From assembly GCA_951406725.2 (NCBI GenBank), contig OX597821.1, positions 7,440,001-7,504,000 of the forward strand: a stretch of 64,000 nucleotides of DNA, given 5' to 3'. The translations under genes and the position numbers were made by a program. Positions 52,895-64,000 of this stretch are shown piece by piece. Each line of letters opens with the position of its first letter. Positions within the stretch are counted from its first letter, which is position 1. Below the pieces are notes generated by a model that was not told where the DNA came from, did no database searches, and saw nothing but the letters and a program-made list of their open reading frames with translations. The DNA comes from Octopus vulgaris. Its lineage: Eukaryota.

Positions 52895-53505
52895 TACATA
52901 TAATATTTATAAACAAACCAGAAGGCTTTGTAAGTTGCAGAGAGAAAATTGAGCTATGGGTTAGCTCATTTTTCAGTCAATTTCTTTATATATAAATGTC
53001 GCTTTATATTGGAGAGTATATATATTATTTGTTATGATATATTATTATAGTTATTATATATATGTAGTATTTATTTATAGAAAAACAAAAGACGAAGACA
53101 GGTGTATGAACAACGAGCAAGTGTATTAGTTTGATGCTTGGGAAAAATGAAAAGGTCTTTTATGTTTCGAGCCTATGCTCTTCAACAGAAAGGAATAAGA
53201 GAAAATAAACAGGGAGAGAATGAAAAACACTTGTAGATTTCAGTGGCCCAACATGGTGAATAATTGGGGGAAAAGAGGTTGAAAGAAATGGAGATAATAA
53301 TAAAAAAGGAGGCTGAATGAAAGGGAGATAAAGTGCTAGTGATCCCAACAAGAAAAGGTGCATGTGTGTGTATGTGAGAATGGTGTGTGTGTATGTGTAT
53401 GTGAATAGGGGTGAGTGACTCTGACATGTGTGTGTAGTAGTTGTGTGCTTTTTCACGTGGTGTGTGTGTGTGTCTGTCTGCAACCAAACGGTGTGCATGT
53501 GTATG

Positions 53506-53556
<51 letters not shown>

Positions 53557-53980
53557 GGCAAAAGTTACCTTTGTCTATGTATGTTGCATGTGTTGATGCG
53601 TGTGTATGCATTCAGGAATTACGTGCTTGTGTGGGTGTAGTGTGTGCACTCAGTGTGTGTGTGTGGCTGCTCATATGGTGGTATGTGTGTTGACACTATT
53701 GAAGATTGTGTGTGTGGGTATGTGGATGATGGTGTGGGTGATGGGAAGTGGTCAGCGCTAGTGTATGGAGAGTGGTGTGGGGTTGGTATCAAAAATATAT
53801 ATAAATCTGTCTAATAAAGGCCCGAAACATATGTACCGCTGAATCCTTCGCATCATGTTTTTATTTTATTTTGATCAATTTACTCCACCACCTACACCAC
53901 CAAACGGTATACACAGGTGCTTATAATTATCAAGTACTCACCCCGAATTTCTATATAAGTATATATATATATATATATAT

Positions 53981-54181
53981 GTAGGTCCCGGGTTGAGTCG
54001 GGGTTAACCACAGTAAATAAGGTACTCAATACATAGCAGAGTAAATTAATTTATTTTATAGAAGGAGCTTCTACAGGACTAGAACTGTTTCATTCAAAAG
54101 AAATCATCAGGAAGCTCCTGATGATTTCTTTTGAATGAAACAGTTCTAGTCCTGTAGAAGCTCCTTCTATAAAATAAATTA
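53981..54181. mobile_element. Asymmetric palindromic Penelope-like insertion in (TA)n
   Basis: Essentially perfect arms 54047-54181 plus one-sided extension; (TA)n on both sides. Confidence 0.75.
54064..54118 (-). ncRNA. Type-I hammerhead ribozyme motif
   Basis: GGAGCUUC-CUGAUGA-UUUC(UUUU)GAAU-GAAA-CAG(UUCUAGUC)CUG-UA-GAAGCUCC: 8-bp stem I, canonical core, U-U at the base of stem II. Confidence 0.7.
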
Positions 54182-54223
<42 letters not shown>

Positions 54224-55255
54224 TATGTAAAATTTTTACGCAGTATTTTTGGCCAGATATTCTTTCTTTAGCTGACTCCAGCACCACCACCACCCTCTAT
54301 CTCACTTATTTTTCAAGGGAATGATTTTTGTCCCCTGGTTGTCACAAGCTGGGAGTGCAAGAGTTGTGATATTTATTATTTACAACAGATATAAACAGAG
54401 GTGAATACATCATCGCTTTACTTAAACAGGGGTTATGCAATGTCAAGCTGACTCAAAATACACAACACATGCTCATACACACACACACACATATATATAT
54501 ATTCATCCATCCGTACACACACGCACACACACACATGATGGACTTGCATCTGGTTCCCATGTACCAATTTTAGTCACAGAGCTTTGGTCAGTGTCATCTA
54601 TGAAACAATATATGATATGAAAAACTGTGTTGATGATTGTGTGTGTAAATTAAATTGTGCAAAGAAACTCTCTTTTTTACACCACCATCGGTTGTCAAGG
54701 GATGTTGGGAGCACAAACACACCCACACATATATACATATACATATATACGACGGGCTTCTTTCAGTTTCCATCTACCAAATCCACTCACAAGGCTTTGG
54801 TCGGTCAAGGCTATAGTAGAAGACACTTGCCCAAGGTGCCAAGCCACTCCTGCGCCTATACAATATCACTGGTTATAACTGATAACAATTACATTACTTT
54901 AAAAGCATCATTCACTGATTTCAGTCATTAGACTGTGGCCATGCTGGGGCACTGCCTTGAAGAATTTTTAGTCAAATGTATTGGCCCAGTACTTGTTTTT
55001 TAAAGCCTGGTACTTCAAAGAATTCTATCAGTCTTTGTTGTTGAACTACTAAGTTACAGGGGTGTAAACATACCAGCACCAGTTGTCAAGCAGTGGTGAG
55101 AGAAGAGACACAAACACACACACACACACACGACAGGCGTCTTTCAGTTTCTATCTAAAAAATAAGAAATAGGTATTTTATTCCAAGCTTTGGAGATTTC
55201 ACTGCTTCAATCAACAATTTGAAAATATGCAGTTTCAATGTATGAAGAGCTTTAA

Positions 55256-55474
55256 CCCTTTAGTGTTTAAACCGGCTATATCCGGCCCAAATATTCTGCT
55301 CGTTTTATGCTCAAACTGGCCAGAGCCAGTATCTCACACTTACCCTGCAATGTCATTCTAAAAATGAACAATTACATCTTTCAAATCTTGAAGTTACAAG
55401 ATAAATACCAGATTAATTTTTAAAAGTGTAAATGAATAAGGATTACTTTTGACATTAATTTGAACGCTAAAGGG
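55256..55474. mobile_element. piggyBac-like MITE (family D)
   Basis: TTAA TSD on both sides; TIRs CCCTTTAGTGTTTAAA / TTTGAACGCTAAAGGG; relatives near 630-1230, 21195-22110 and 55530-55745. Confidence 0.85.
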
Positions 55475-56539
55475 TTAAGGAATTCCTGCAATAATCTATG
55501 ATTTCTAAATAATATCAGTTTCTCATTTGGCCCTTAAGCATTCAGATTGCCCTATCAAACGTAATGCTTATATATTTACATTATTTTAAATTACGCATTC
55601 ATTGTGTTGTAGCCTTGAGATTTCAGTGACGTGACTCTTCTGGAATGACATTGTAGGATTGGTGTAAGAGGCCAGATCTGGCTAGTTTGAACATAAAACA
55701 AGAATAATATTTGGGTTGGATATGGCTGGTTGAAATGCTAAACAATTAAACCATGCTTGTTATATATACATAGCTATATTTATGGGAGGTGAAGTGTGGC
55801 TGGATGGTTAATAAGTTTCATTTTGAAACCTCAAGGTTCTGGGTTCAGTCCTACTGTATGGCATATTATGCAAATTTTTTTTCTCTATAACCTAGAGTGA
55901 AACTGGGCTGGCAGAAACTTCATAGAAGACTATCGGGTGGGTTTTACCTGTAATTCAAAAGGTACAGCTTTGCTGCACACTTTTAGGGGTACACATACAT
56001 GTGCAGTCCTCAACTACATACACATTAATTCAAGAGCAGGTAATTCATTTGAGTGGACAATTGGATCCACATCATCAAATGCTGATGATCTTTTACCACC
56101 ATATGTACGCACACACAAAAACATGACTTCTGGCAGGATTTGAACTCAGAACATAAAGAGATGGAAGAAAGCCTTGAAAACATTTTCTCTGATGCTGTAA
56201 TGATTCTGCCAATCCACCAGTCTTAATGATTTAATGATGATAATAATAACGATACTAATAATCATCACCATCATCAGTTCTGAGTAAGTTTGAGTGCAAA
56301 GTGTTTAATCTTCTTGTAGAACTCTAAACAATCATTTCCAATATACAAAAGGCCATTAACAAAAAGTGAATGTACTGGATGTTCAAATGAAGTGGAAAGA
56401 TAACAGAAAGTTTCTCTCTGATGGTTTTATCAGTTGAACTTTGTCACAGTTCAAAGAATTTTTGGAGAAATTATTTTTTTTTTTCCCCTCTCTTTGCTGA
56501 TAACATTGATGACAAAAGGGATTTTTTTCGCCATTATGT

Positions 56540-56735
56540 ATTCTTTTATTCTTTTACTTCTTTCAGTCATTTGACTGTGGCCATGCTGGAGCACCACTTT
56601 TAGTCGAGCAACTCAACCTCAGGACTTATTCTTTGTAAGCCTAGTACTTATTCTATTGGTCGCCTTTGCCGGACCGCTAAGTTGTCAAGTGATGTTGGGG
56701 GGGATAAACACAGACACACAAACATATACACACAC

Positions 56736-56793
<58 letters not shown>

Positions 56794-56930
56794 GATGGGC
56801 TTCTTTCAGTTTCCGTCTACCAAGTCCACTCACAAGGCTTTGGTCAGCCAGAGGCTCTAATAGAAGACACATGCTCAAGGTGCCATGCAGTGGGACTGAA
56901 CCTAGAACCATGAAGTTGGTAAGCAAGTGT
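56540..56930 (-). mobile_element. SINE family A
   Basis: Colinear, with internal deletion and 5' truncation. Confidence 0.85.
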
Positions 56931-57574
56931 TAAGAAAAACAAACTAGCCATTCTTTTTGTTGTTGGTTAACCCTAGGTTGACCCTGATTGAGCAAACCTG
57001 TGATCAAAGACATACCTATCATGTCTTTTTCCTATGTGCAGAGAACCCAGCTTCAGATTATCCAAACTGTTCCCCCCCCCCTTTTTTTTTATTTTTGCTT
57101 GTTTGAGATAATAGGGTATGATTTGAAGGATAATTAACCTGTTATTTCTACAATACCATGTGGCCAAATAGAGCACTGATTCTTTGACTGGTTTTGGCAC
57201 AGAACTTCTATCTATACTCCACAGACAGTCCCCACTACCCTAACTTTAATACAACATTGAATTAAGCAAGCATTCTTATCATTATACAAATTATTATTGT
57301 TGTTGTTGTTGTTATTTGTAGCAGTAATGTTAATGCTGTTAACAAGCAGTAGAACTCATGGAATTGAGTATTACTGTGACAGATTAACAGATTAAATGTC
57401 TTGTGATATTTTTAGTTCAACTCTTCACATTCTGAATTCAGATCCCATCAGGCTTACTCAAATATGCTCCCTTCATATACTGAAATTACCTGTAACCAAC
57501 TGTGACCTGGGATCAATGTTAGAAATTATTTATTCAATTTTATAATTTATGTTATTATTATATTATTATATAAA

Positions 57575-58070
57575 AGGCAGTGAGTTGGCAGAATCATTAG
57601 CACACTGAGCAAAATGCTTAGCAGCATTTCGTCTGTTTGAATTCCACTGAGGTCAACTTTACCTTTCATATTTTGGGGATTGATAAATAAAGTACCAGGG
57701 AAACCTGAGGTCGATGTAATTGACTGGTCTCCTCCATTATCATCATCATCATGTGCATTATTGTTAGAGCAGTAAGTTGGCAAGATGGTCAGTGCTTTGG
57801 ACAAAATGCTTAGTGGCATTTCTTCCATCTTTATGTTCTGAGTTCAAATACTGCTTGAGGTTGACTTTGCCTTTCATCCTCTCAGGCTTGATGAAATAAG
57901 TACCTGGTGAATACTGGGGTCAGTATAATTGACAATCCCCCACTAAAAAAATTCCAGGCCTTGTGCTTCTAGTAGAATGGATTATTATTATCATTATTAT
58001 TAGGGCAGTGAGTTGGCAGGATGATGAGTGTTTCAGAGAAAACATTTGGTGGGCATTTCTTCCTGTTGTT
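57575..58070 (+). mobile_element. Cluster of SINE family B copies
   Basis: Three same-orientation heads separated by (ATT)/(CAT) tracts. Confidence 0.7.
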
Positions 58071-58359
58071 TAGGTTCTAATCAGATATGAGATAATAACA
58101 ATTCAAAGTAAATAACTCTGAAAAGGACTTTTGTGTGTTCCCAGAGAATATTACCCTCAGGGGCGCTAGTGTTAGTATATTTGTGAATATAACTAACTGA
58201 AAGTCACTAACTGAAATAAGTGGATCTATTGTTTAGGAAAATACTATTTACTTGTTTAAGGGTTGTACTGGATAAATTGCAAAAATAACTCTAACAGTTT
58301 AAATACTAAGAAATAAGCATGCTCAATTTGATTTATACCAAATAATTTAGGAAATGAAT

Positions 58360-58642
58360 GGTTATTTTCCTTGGTTATATATAAGGATCCCTTCCAGTGG
58401 CAAATAGGTTATTTCCCTTGGTTTTTAAAATAAAATATTATATGTATATATATATAAGGATCCCTTCCAGGGGGCCTATTATCGATTTTTTTTTCAACAA
58501 TCTGAGTATGCCATGAGGTTTCCAGACATGAGTTCTATTCAAATGTCAAGTTTCATGAAAATCGATAGAACGATGCAGGAGGAGTTAGCTAACAACTCTG
58601 CAAACACATCCACAGACAGAATTTCTCATTTATGTAGTAGAT
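58360..58642 (-). mobile_element. Helitron-like fragment
   Basis: Minus-strand A|TCTACTAC start; AAGTTTCATGAAAATCG motif as at 31181; internal duplication; 3' CTAG not located. Confidence 0.45.
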
Positions 58643-58812
58643 ATATAAAGCGCAAATTATTTGTGATCAGAGGCGTTCAAAAGCCAAGGTACTACTATAC
58701 TTGTCATGCGCTGGGGTTGATGAAATTGACTTGGCTCCTCTCACTAAAATTGTGTCAAAATTTGAAACATTTATTATTCTTTTATTCAATTATGGGACTG
58801 CAGGATGGCAAA

Positions 58813-59305
58813 ATGTGAAGGAGCAGCAGAAGAGCTGAACTGAGCCAATGGTAGTTCTTACATTGATTCTGAGCAAAGGAATCCTAGAAGACCAATGGGC
58901 AGGATCACTAAGTTCTATCAAGAGAATAATGGCCTTCATGATTGTGTAATCAGCTATGGAGTTGTTATGGCTGAAGCTCCCAATTCCTGATAATGGATTT
59001 AGATGGTAACAGGGAGTGATGGGAATCTGTGAAAGTAGCATCGCAGATTGTGAAGAGGCAGTGGAAGAACTCAACTGAGCTAATGATGCTCCTTACATTG
59101 ATGCTGAGCGGAGAAATCCTTGAAGACCAACGGTTAGGATCACCAAGCTCTCTTCCAAGAGAGTAACTGCAACGCATTCGTGGGGATGGCGTCCATGTTT
59201 GTGTAATCAGTTAATGAAAGATTCATTATGACTCAAACTCCCAACTCAAATTCATAATAATGGAATTGGATGGCGGCAGAGAGTCATGGGAATACTCGAA
59301 AGCAT
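58813..59305. repeat. Diverged tandem duplication, ~240-bp unit, two copies
   Basis: AACTGAGC...CTTACATTGAT.CTGAGC...GAAGACCAA...GGATCAC..AG and TGTGTAATCAG...GGGAAT recur about 236 bp apart. Confidence 0.85.
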
Positions 59306-59849
59306 TGAAAGAGAATTGAAGGTGGTGAGCTGGAAGAATCGTTAGCATGCCAGGAAAAATGCTTAGCAGCATTTCTTTTGACTTTTTACATTCTGAGTTC
59401 AAATCCTGCTTAGACCATTCTTCTGAGTTGATAAATAATTAAGTCAAAGACTCAATTGCTAGCCTTGTTGCAAAACCAGAAATAATTGTTGTTATGTGAC
59501 TGCATAGTGCAGCAGTCCTCTTTGGTATCAGCAATGCACTCTGTGAGCCACTTAGAACCACATAACTCTGCTTCATGTCCTTTAACAAATGCATCAACAA
59601 GAGCAGCAGCAAAACCAGCAACACAGTAAGAATAGTAATTTCCTAATTCTGCTCTCTAAGGCTTCTTCCCTAATTAAGAAAACATTGTTGTTAAATTTGA
59701 TATATGTAAACATATTTACTTTTCATTGAAAGGAATTTATGAAACGAGAGAAGGCAGCAGCAGCAGCAACCATAACACAGTTATTTTGTGATGTCATAGG
59801 GTAGTTGAAATTTTATATATGTTGTTATGCATTGTATGTGTGTGTGTGC

Positions 59850-60254
59850 ATGGCTTGCTAACCAACCACATGGTTCTGGGTTCAGTCCCACTGCGTGGCA
59901 TCTTGAGCAAGTGTCTTCTGCTATAGCCCTGGGCTGACCAATGCCTTGTGAGTGGATTTGGTAGACGGAAACTGAAAGAAGCCTGTCGTATATATGTATA
60001 TATATATGTATAAATATATATGTGTGTGTGTGTGTGTGTGTGTTTGTGTGTCTGTGTTTGTCCCCCTAGCATTGCTTGACAACCGATGCTGGTGTGTTTA
60101 CGTCCCCGTCACTTAGCGGTTCGGCAAAAGAGACCGATAGAATAAGTACTGGGCTTACAAAGAATAAGTCCCGGGGTCGATTTGCTCGACTAAAGGCGGT
60201 GCTCCAGCATGGCCGCAGTCAAATGACTGAAACAAGTAAAAGAGTAAAAGAATA

Positions 60255-60304
<50 letters not shown>

Positions 60305-60703
60305 CGCAGGAGTGGCTGTGTGGTAAGTAGCTTGCTAACCAACCACATGGTTCCAGGTTCAGTCCCACTGCGTGGCATCTTGGGCAAGTGTCTTCTACTA
60401 TAGCCCCGGGCTGACCAATGCCTTGTGAGTGGATTTGGTAGATGGAAACTGAAAGAAGCCTGTCGTATATATATATATGTGTGTGTGTGTGTGTCTGTGT
60501 TTGTCCCCCTAGCATTGCTTGACAACAAATGTTGGTATGCTTACGTCCCCGTCACTTAGCGGTTCGGCAAAAGAGACCGATAGAATAAGTACTGGGCTTA
60601 CAAAGAATAAGTCTCAGGATCGATTTGCTCGACTAAAAGGCGGTGCTCCAGCATGGCCGCAGCCACGTGACTGAGACAAATAAAAGAGTAAAAAGAGAAA
60701 AGA
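59850..60703 (+). mobile_element. Head-to-tail pair of young SINE A copies
   Basis: 59850-60251 (5'-truncated) and 60303-60703, joined by (TA)n; near-identical. Confidence 0.92.
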
Positions 60704-60734
<31 letters not shown>

Positions 60735-60737
<3 letters not shown>

Positions 60738-61490
60738 TTTATCTTGTTTCTGTAGTTAGACTATGGCCATGCTGCAGCCCTGCCTTGGAAAATTTTTAGT
60801 TGAATGTCTCCACCACAGAATTTATTCTGTCGTTCTTTATTGTCAAACTGCTAAGTTATGGGGGCATAAACACACAACACTGGTTCTTGTGTTGGGGGGG
60901 GGGACAAACAGACACAGATACGCATGCACACTCACACACACACATATATATAGGCACAGGAGTGGCTGTGTGATAAGAAGCTTGCTTTCCAACCACATGG
61001 TTCTGGGTTCAGTCTCACTACATGCTACCTTGGGCAAGCATCTTCTACTATAGCATCGGGCTGACCAAAGCCTTGTGAGTGGGTTTGGTGGATGGAAACT
61101 GAAATATATATCTGTGTGTGTCTGTTTGTCCCCCCACGTCACTTGACAACCAATGTTGGCGTGTTTACATCCCCATAACTTAGCGATTCGGCAAAAGAGA
61201 TCGATAGAATAAGTACTAGGACTACAAAGAATAAGTCCTGGGGTCAATTTGTTCAACTAAAGATGGTGCTCCTGCATGGCCGCAGTCAAATAGCTGAAAG
61301 AAGTAAAACACTGAAAAAATAAATATGTCTCATGGGCTTCTTTCAGTTTCCATCTACCAAATCCACTCACAAGGCTTTGGTTGGCATGAGACTATAGTAG
61401 AAGACAGTTGCCCAAGGTACCATGCAGTGGGACTGAACCCCAAACCATGTGGTCGGGAGGCAAGCTTCTTACCATACACCCATGCCTGTG
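60735..61490. mobile_element. Three further SINE A segments in alternating orientation
   Basis: Minus 60735-60950, plus 60952-61320, minus 61330-61490; consistent with a plus copy nested in a minus copy. Confidence 0.75.
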
Positions 61491-63180
61491 ATACACACAC
61501 ACACACACACATGTATATATATATATATATATATATATATGTAGAAAAATACAAACTGGGACAAGAACGTAAAACATTTAGAAGACGAAACAAAAAACAC
61601 GGATGGGACATTCAAAGCCTTCAATCTTCAGTCAAGAACCAGATCATCCTAGCAATTTCGGCTGATTAATCTTGAGATCGCTCAGATCCGGCCAGCCCCA
61701 AGGAAAAACTAAGCTACGAGCATTAGATTTCTTGGAAATATATATATATATATATATATAATATTGTGTGTGTGTGTGTATGAAAGGCTCCTGGAATTGT
61801 TAATTTAACATTGGCATGCTGGGAGGAAATGTTCCTATCACCAAGCCCTATTTGTTTTTGTTTTTTTTTGTTTTTTGCTTTTTTTTTTAAGTGGAAGGAA
61901 TTTTTATTCCCTTTGTTTCTGAAGGTACAGAAGGAATTCTCTGTTGCTCTTGCTAAGAATTGAACCAAGTGCTGTGAAAAAACAAGCAACTTGTCCATTG
62001 ACTGAGAGCCTCTACATTGCTTCTTGACCAGTTAGAAATATCAGCTGAAATCTCCTTCAGATCACACAGGATAGTGCAGATTTGAGCTCCCTGCACATGG
62101 GAGAAAGATGATCATAGTTGAAACATTTTTTATCATAGGTCTACTCTACTCAGTCGTGGATGACCAAGGGCTAAACAGCAACCCACAAACTTGTCTACTG
62201 GTTTTATTGGATTTACTAAAAATTTCTAATTCAAGAGAAGCCCAAAGGTCAAATAGACTTTGGTGTACTGGCTGAGAATTTAACCCTTTGGTAGCCACTT
62301 GTCTAATGGAATATATTGTTTACTTGTTTCAATTATCTTCTAGAAAATAATTAACAGTTTTAATGGATTTAGTGAAATAATTAACTTTTTCATTATTAAA
62401 TCTGGTGTTTGTAGCGTAATTTTATAAAAGTTTGTTTCATAAAATTAAGGATGGAAGCTTTTAATTTAAAACATGATCACTTTAAAATAGACAGTTTGAT
62501 GTTTTAAGAAATGGGAGTGGGTGGAGCTGGGTTTGTATTAATTGTGGGTTAATCATAATTTATGCTACATTCTTAGACGAGTGTTGATGACGATGATGAT
62601 AGTGGTGATCATGGGGTATTTTCTAAAGTGAGGTAGTAGTGGTTGTAGCTATTATTGTAGGTCTATCAAAAGCTGGTTTTGACTTACACCTTCCTAGTTT
62701 AGCCAAGCAGAATGAGTGAGGTTGCATTCCAGATTTATATTTTGTTGAGGGGGTCTCTGGCACCTATAGCCCCAAGCCACCCAGAGCTTTGTTAGAGGAT
62801 TTACTAAATGGAGACTGAAAGAAGCCTGTCACATATATGTAGGTAGGCAGGTAGGTGTGAGGGCACATGGCATAGTGGCTAAGTGTTGCACTCGTGATTG
62901 TGAGTTTGTGGTTTCAATTCATGGACCCGGTGGTGTATTGTTTTCTTGAGCGAAACACTTCATCTCACCTTTACTCTGCAACCACTTTGCCACCTGACTT
63001 TTGGTACACTGTGCACCTGTTCCTGTGCTGCCAATTTGAGAGAGAGAGAGAGAGCTAAGGTACAGCACAAGCCTTTGATCACTATAAGCAAATCCTTTGT
63101 GCAGGTTGTTGAGCCAGAAATTGCTAGGCCAGCTTTCATAGACTATGTGAGACCACCATCATTCCTCTATGGAGAGAATG

Positions 63181-63786
63181 GGATCTTTACCTTTTGACCT
63201 ACAGATTTTAAAAATAATTTTTTGTAACTAAACACTTTCAAACTTCGGACACTGGTAGAATGTGTCATATAAAACATATTTTATTCCTAGCATTTTTGAG
63301 AAAAACTTATATTTATGAAGATATTTCACCTTAAAGTTCTCATATTTCGGTAATTTCAACCAATCAATGACATGTATTCAGCTGAATAAAATTACTGCTT
63401 TTGTTTGTCAACAAGAACTTCCGGCGGTGTATATTTCGTTTGTCACTGTTATTTATGACAGCCCTAACCCTAAAACCTTAAAGCTAAAACCAGTACAAAC
63501 GCACAAACGATGTCATAAATAAGTGACAAACAAAAAACACCACCAATAGTTGTTGTTGACAAACAATGGCAGTAATTTTATTCAGCTGAATACATGTCAT
63601 TGATTGGTTGAAATGACCGAAATAGGACAACTCTAACGTGAAATATCTTCGTAAATATAAGTTTTTCTCAAAAATGCTAAGAGTAAAAGATGTTTTATAT
63701 GACACATTCTACCAGTGTCCGAAGTTTTAAAGTGTTTAGTTGCAATAAATTATTTTTAAAATCTGTAGGTCAAAAGGTCAAGATCC
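63181..63786. mobile_element. Foldback non-autonomous DNA transposon with ~280-bp TIRs and 8-bp TSD
   Basis: GGATCTTT...AAAGATCC termini; TSD AGAGAATG at 63173-63180 and 63787-63794; CCCTAA-like repeats in the spacer. Confidence 0.9.
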
Positions 63787-64000
63787 AGAGAATGTGCAAG
63801 GGGAAGAACTGTGCAGAGTGGTTAGCAAGAAGCTTGTCAGGCAGGGAGTTGACACGAGGGCAGAATCATGTCTGTTTGTGAATCCGTGTGTGTGTGTACA
63901 TATGTGTATGTGTCTTTGTGTGCATGCATTAGTGTTTGTTCTATGTAGCCATGATATGCAACTAGTTAATTCATGGTAAGAGAAGTCATCGTAAAAACAA

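Overview
AT-rich, repeat-saturated eukaryotic DNA, most likely intronic or intergenic. The repeat landscape (tRNA-derived SINEs with internal (TA)n/(CA)n tracts, abundant (AAT)n/(CAT)n) resembles an octopus or other coleoid cephalopod genome; this is recognition, not a database result. No intact protein-coding gene is recognisable, and almost all ORF-track entries are microsatellite or SINE artefacts. The window holds three SINE families (labelled A, B, C), 3' remnants of LINEs (RTE, CR1-group, R4/Dong), decayed Tc1/mariner transposases (DD34E, mariner, DD37D), and non-autonomous hAT, piggyBac-like, Tigger-like, Helitron and foldback elements, often nested. The most interesting signal is a set of short, often asymmetric-palindromic insertions of several unrelated sequence types. 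Each carries a minimal type-I hammerhead ribozyme motif, an architecture resembling Penelope-like elements. One motif has the C3-G8 core pair swapped to G3-C8 and another family has an A6U core. Coordinates of decayed repeats are approximate.
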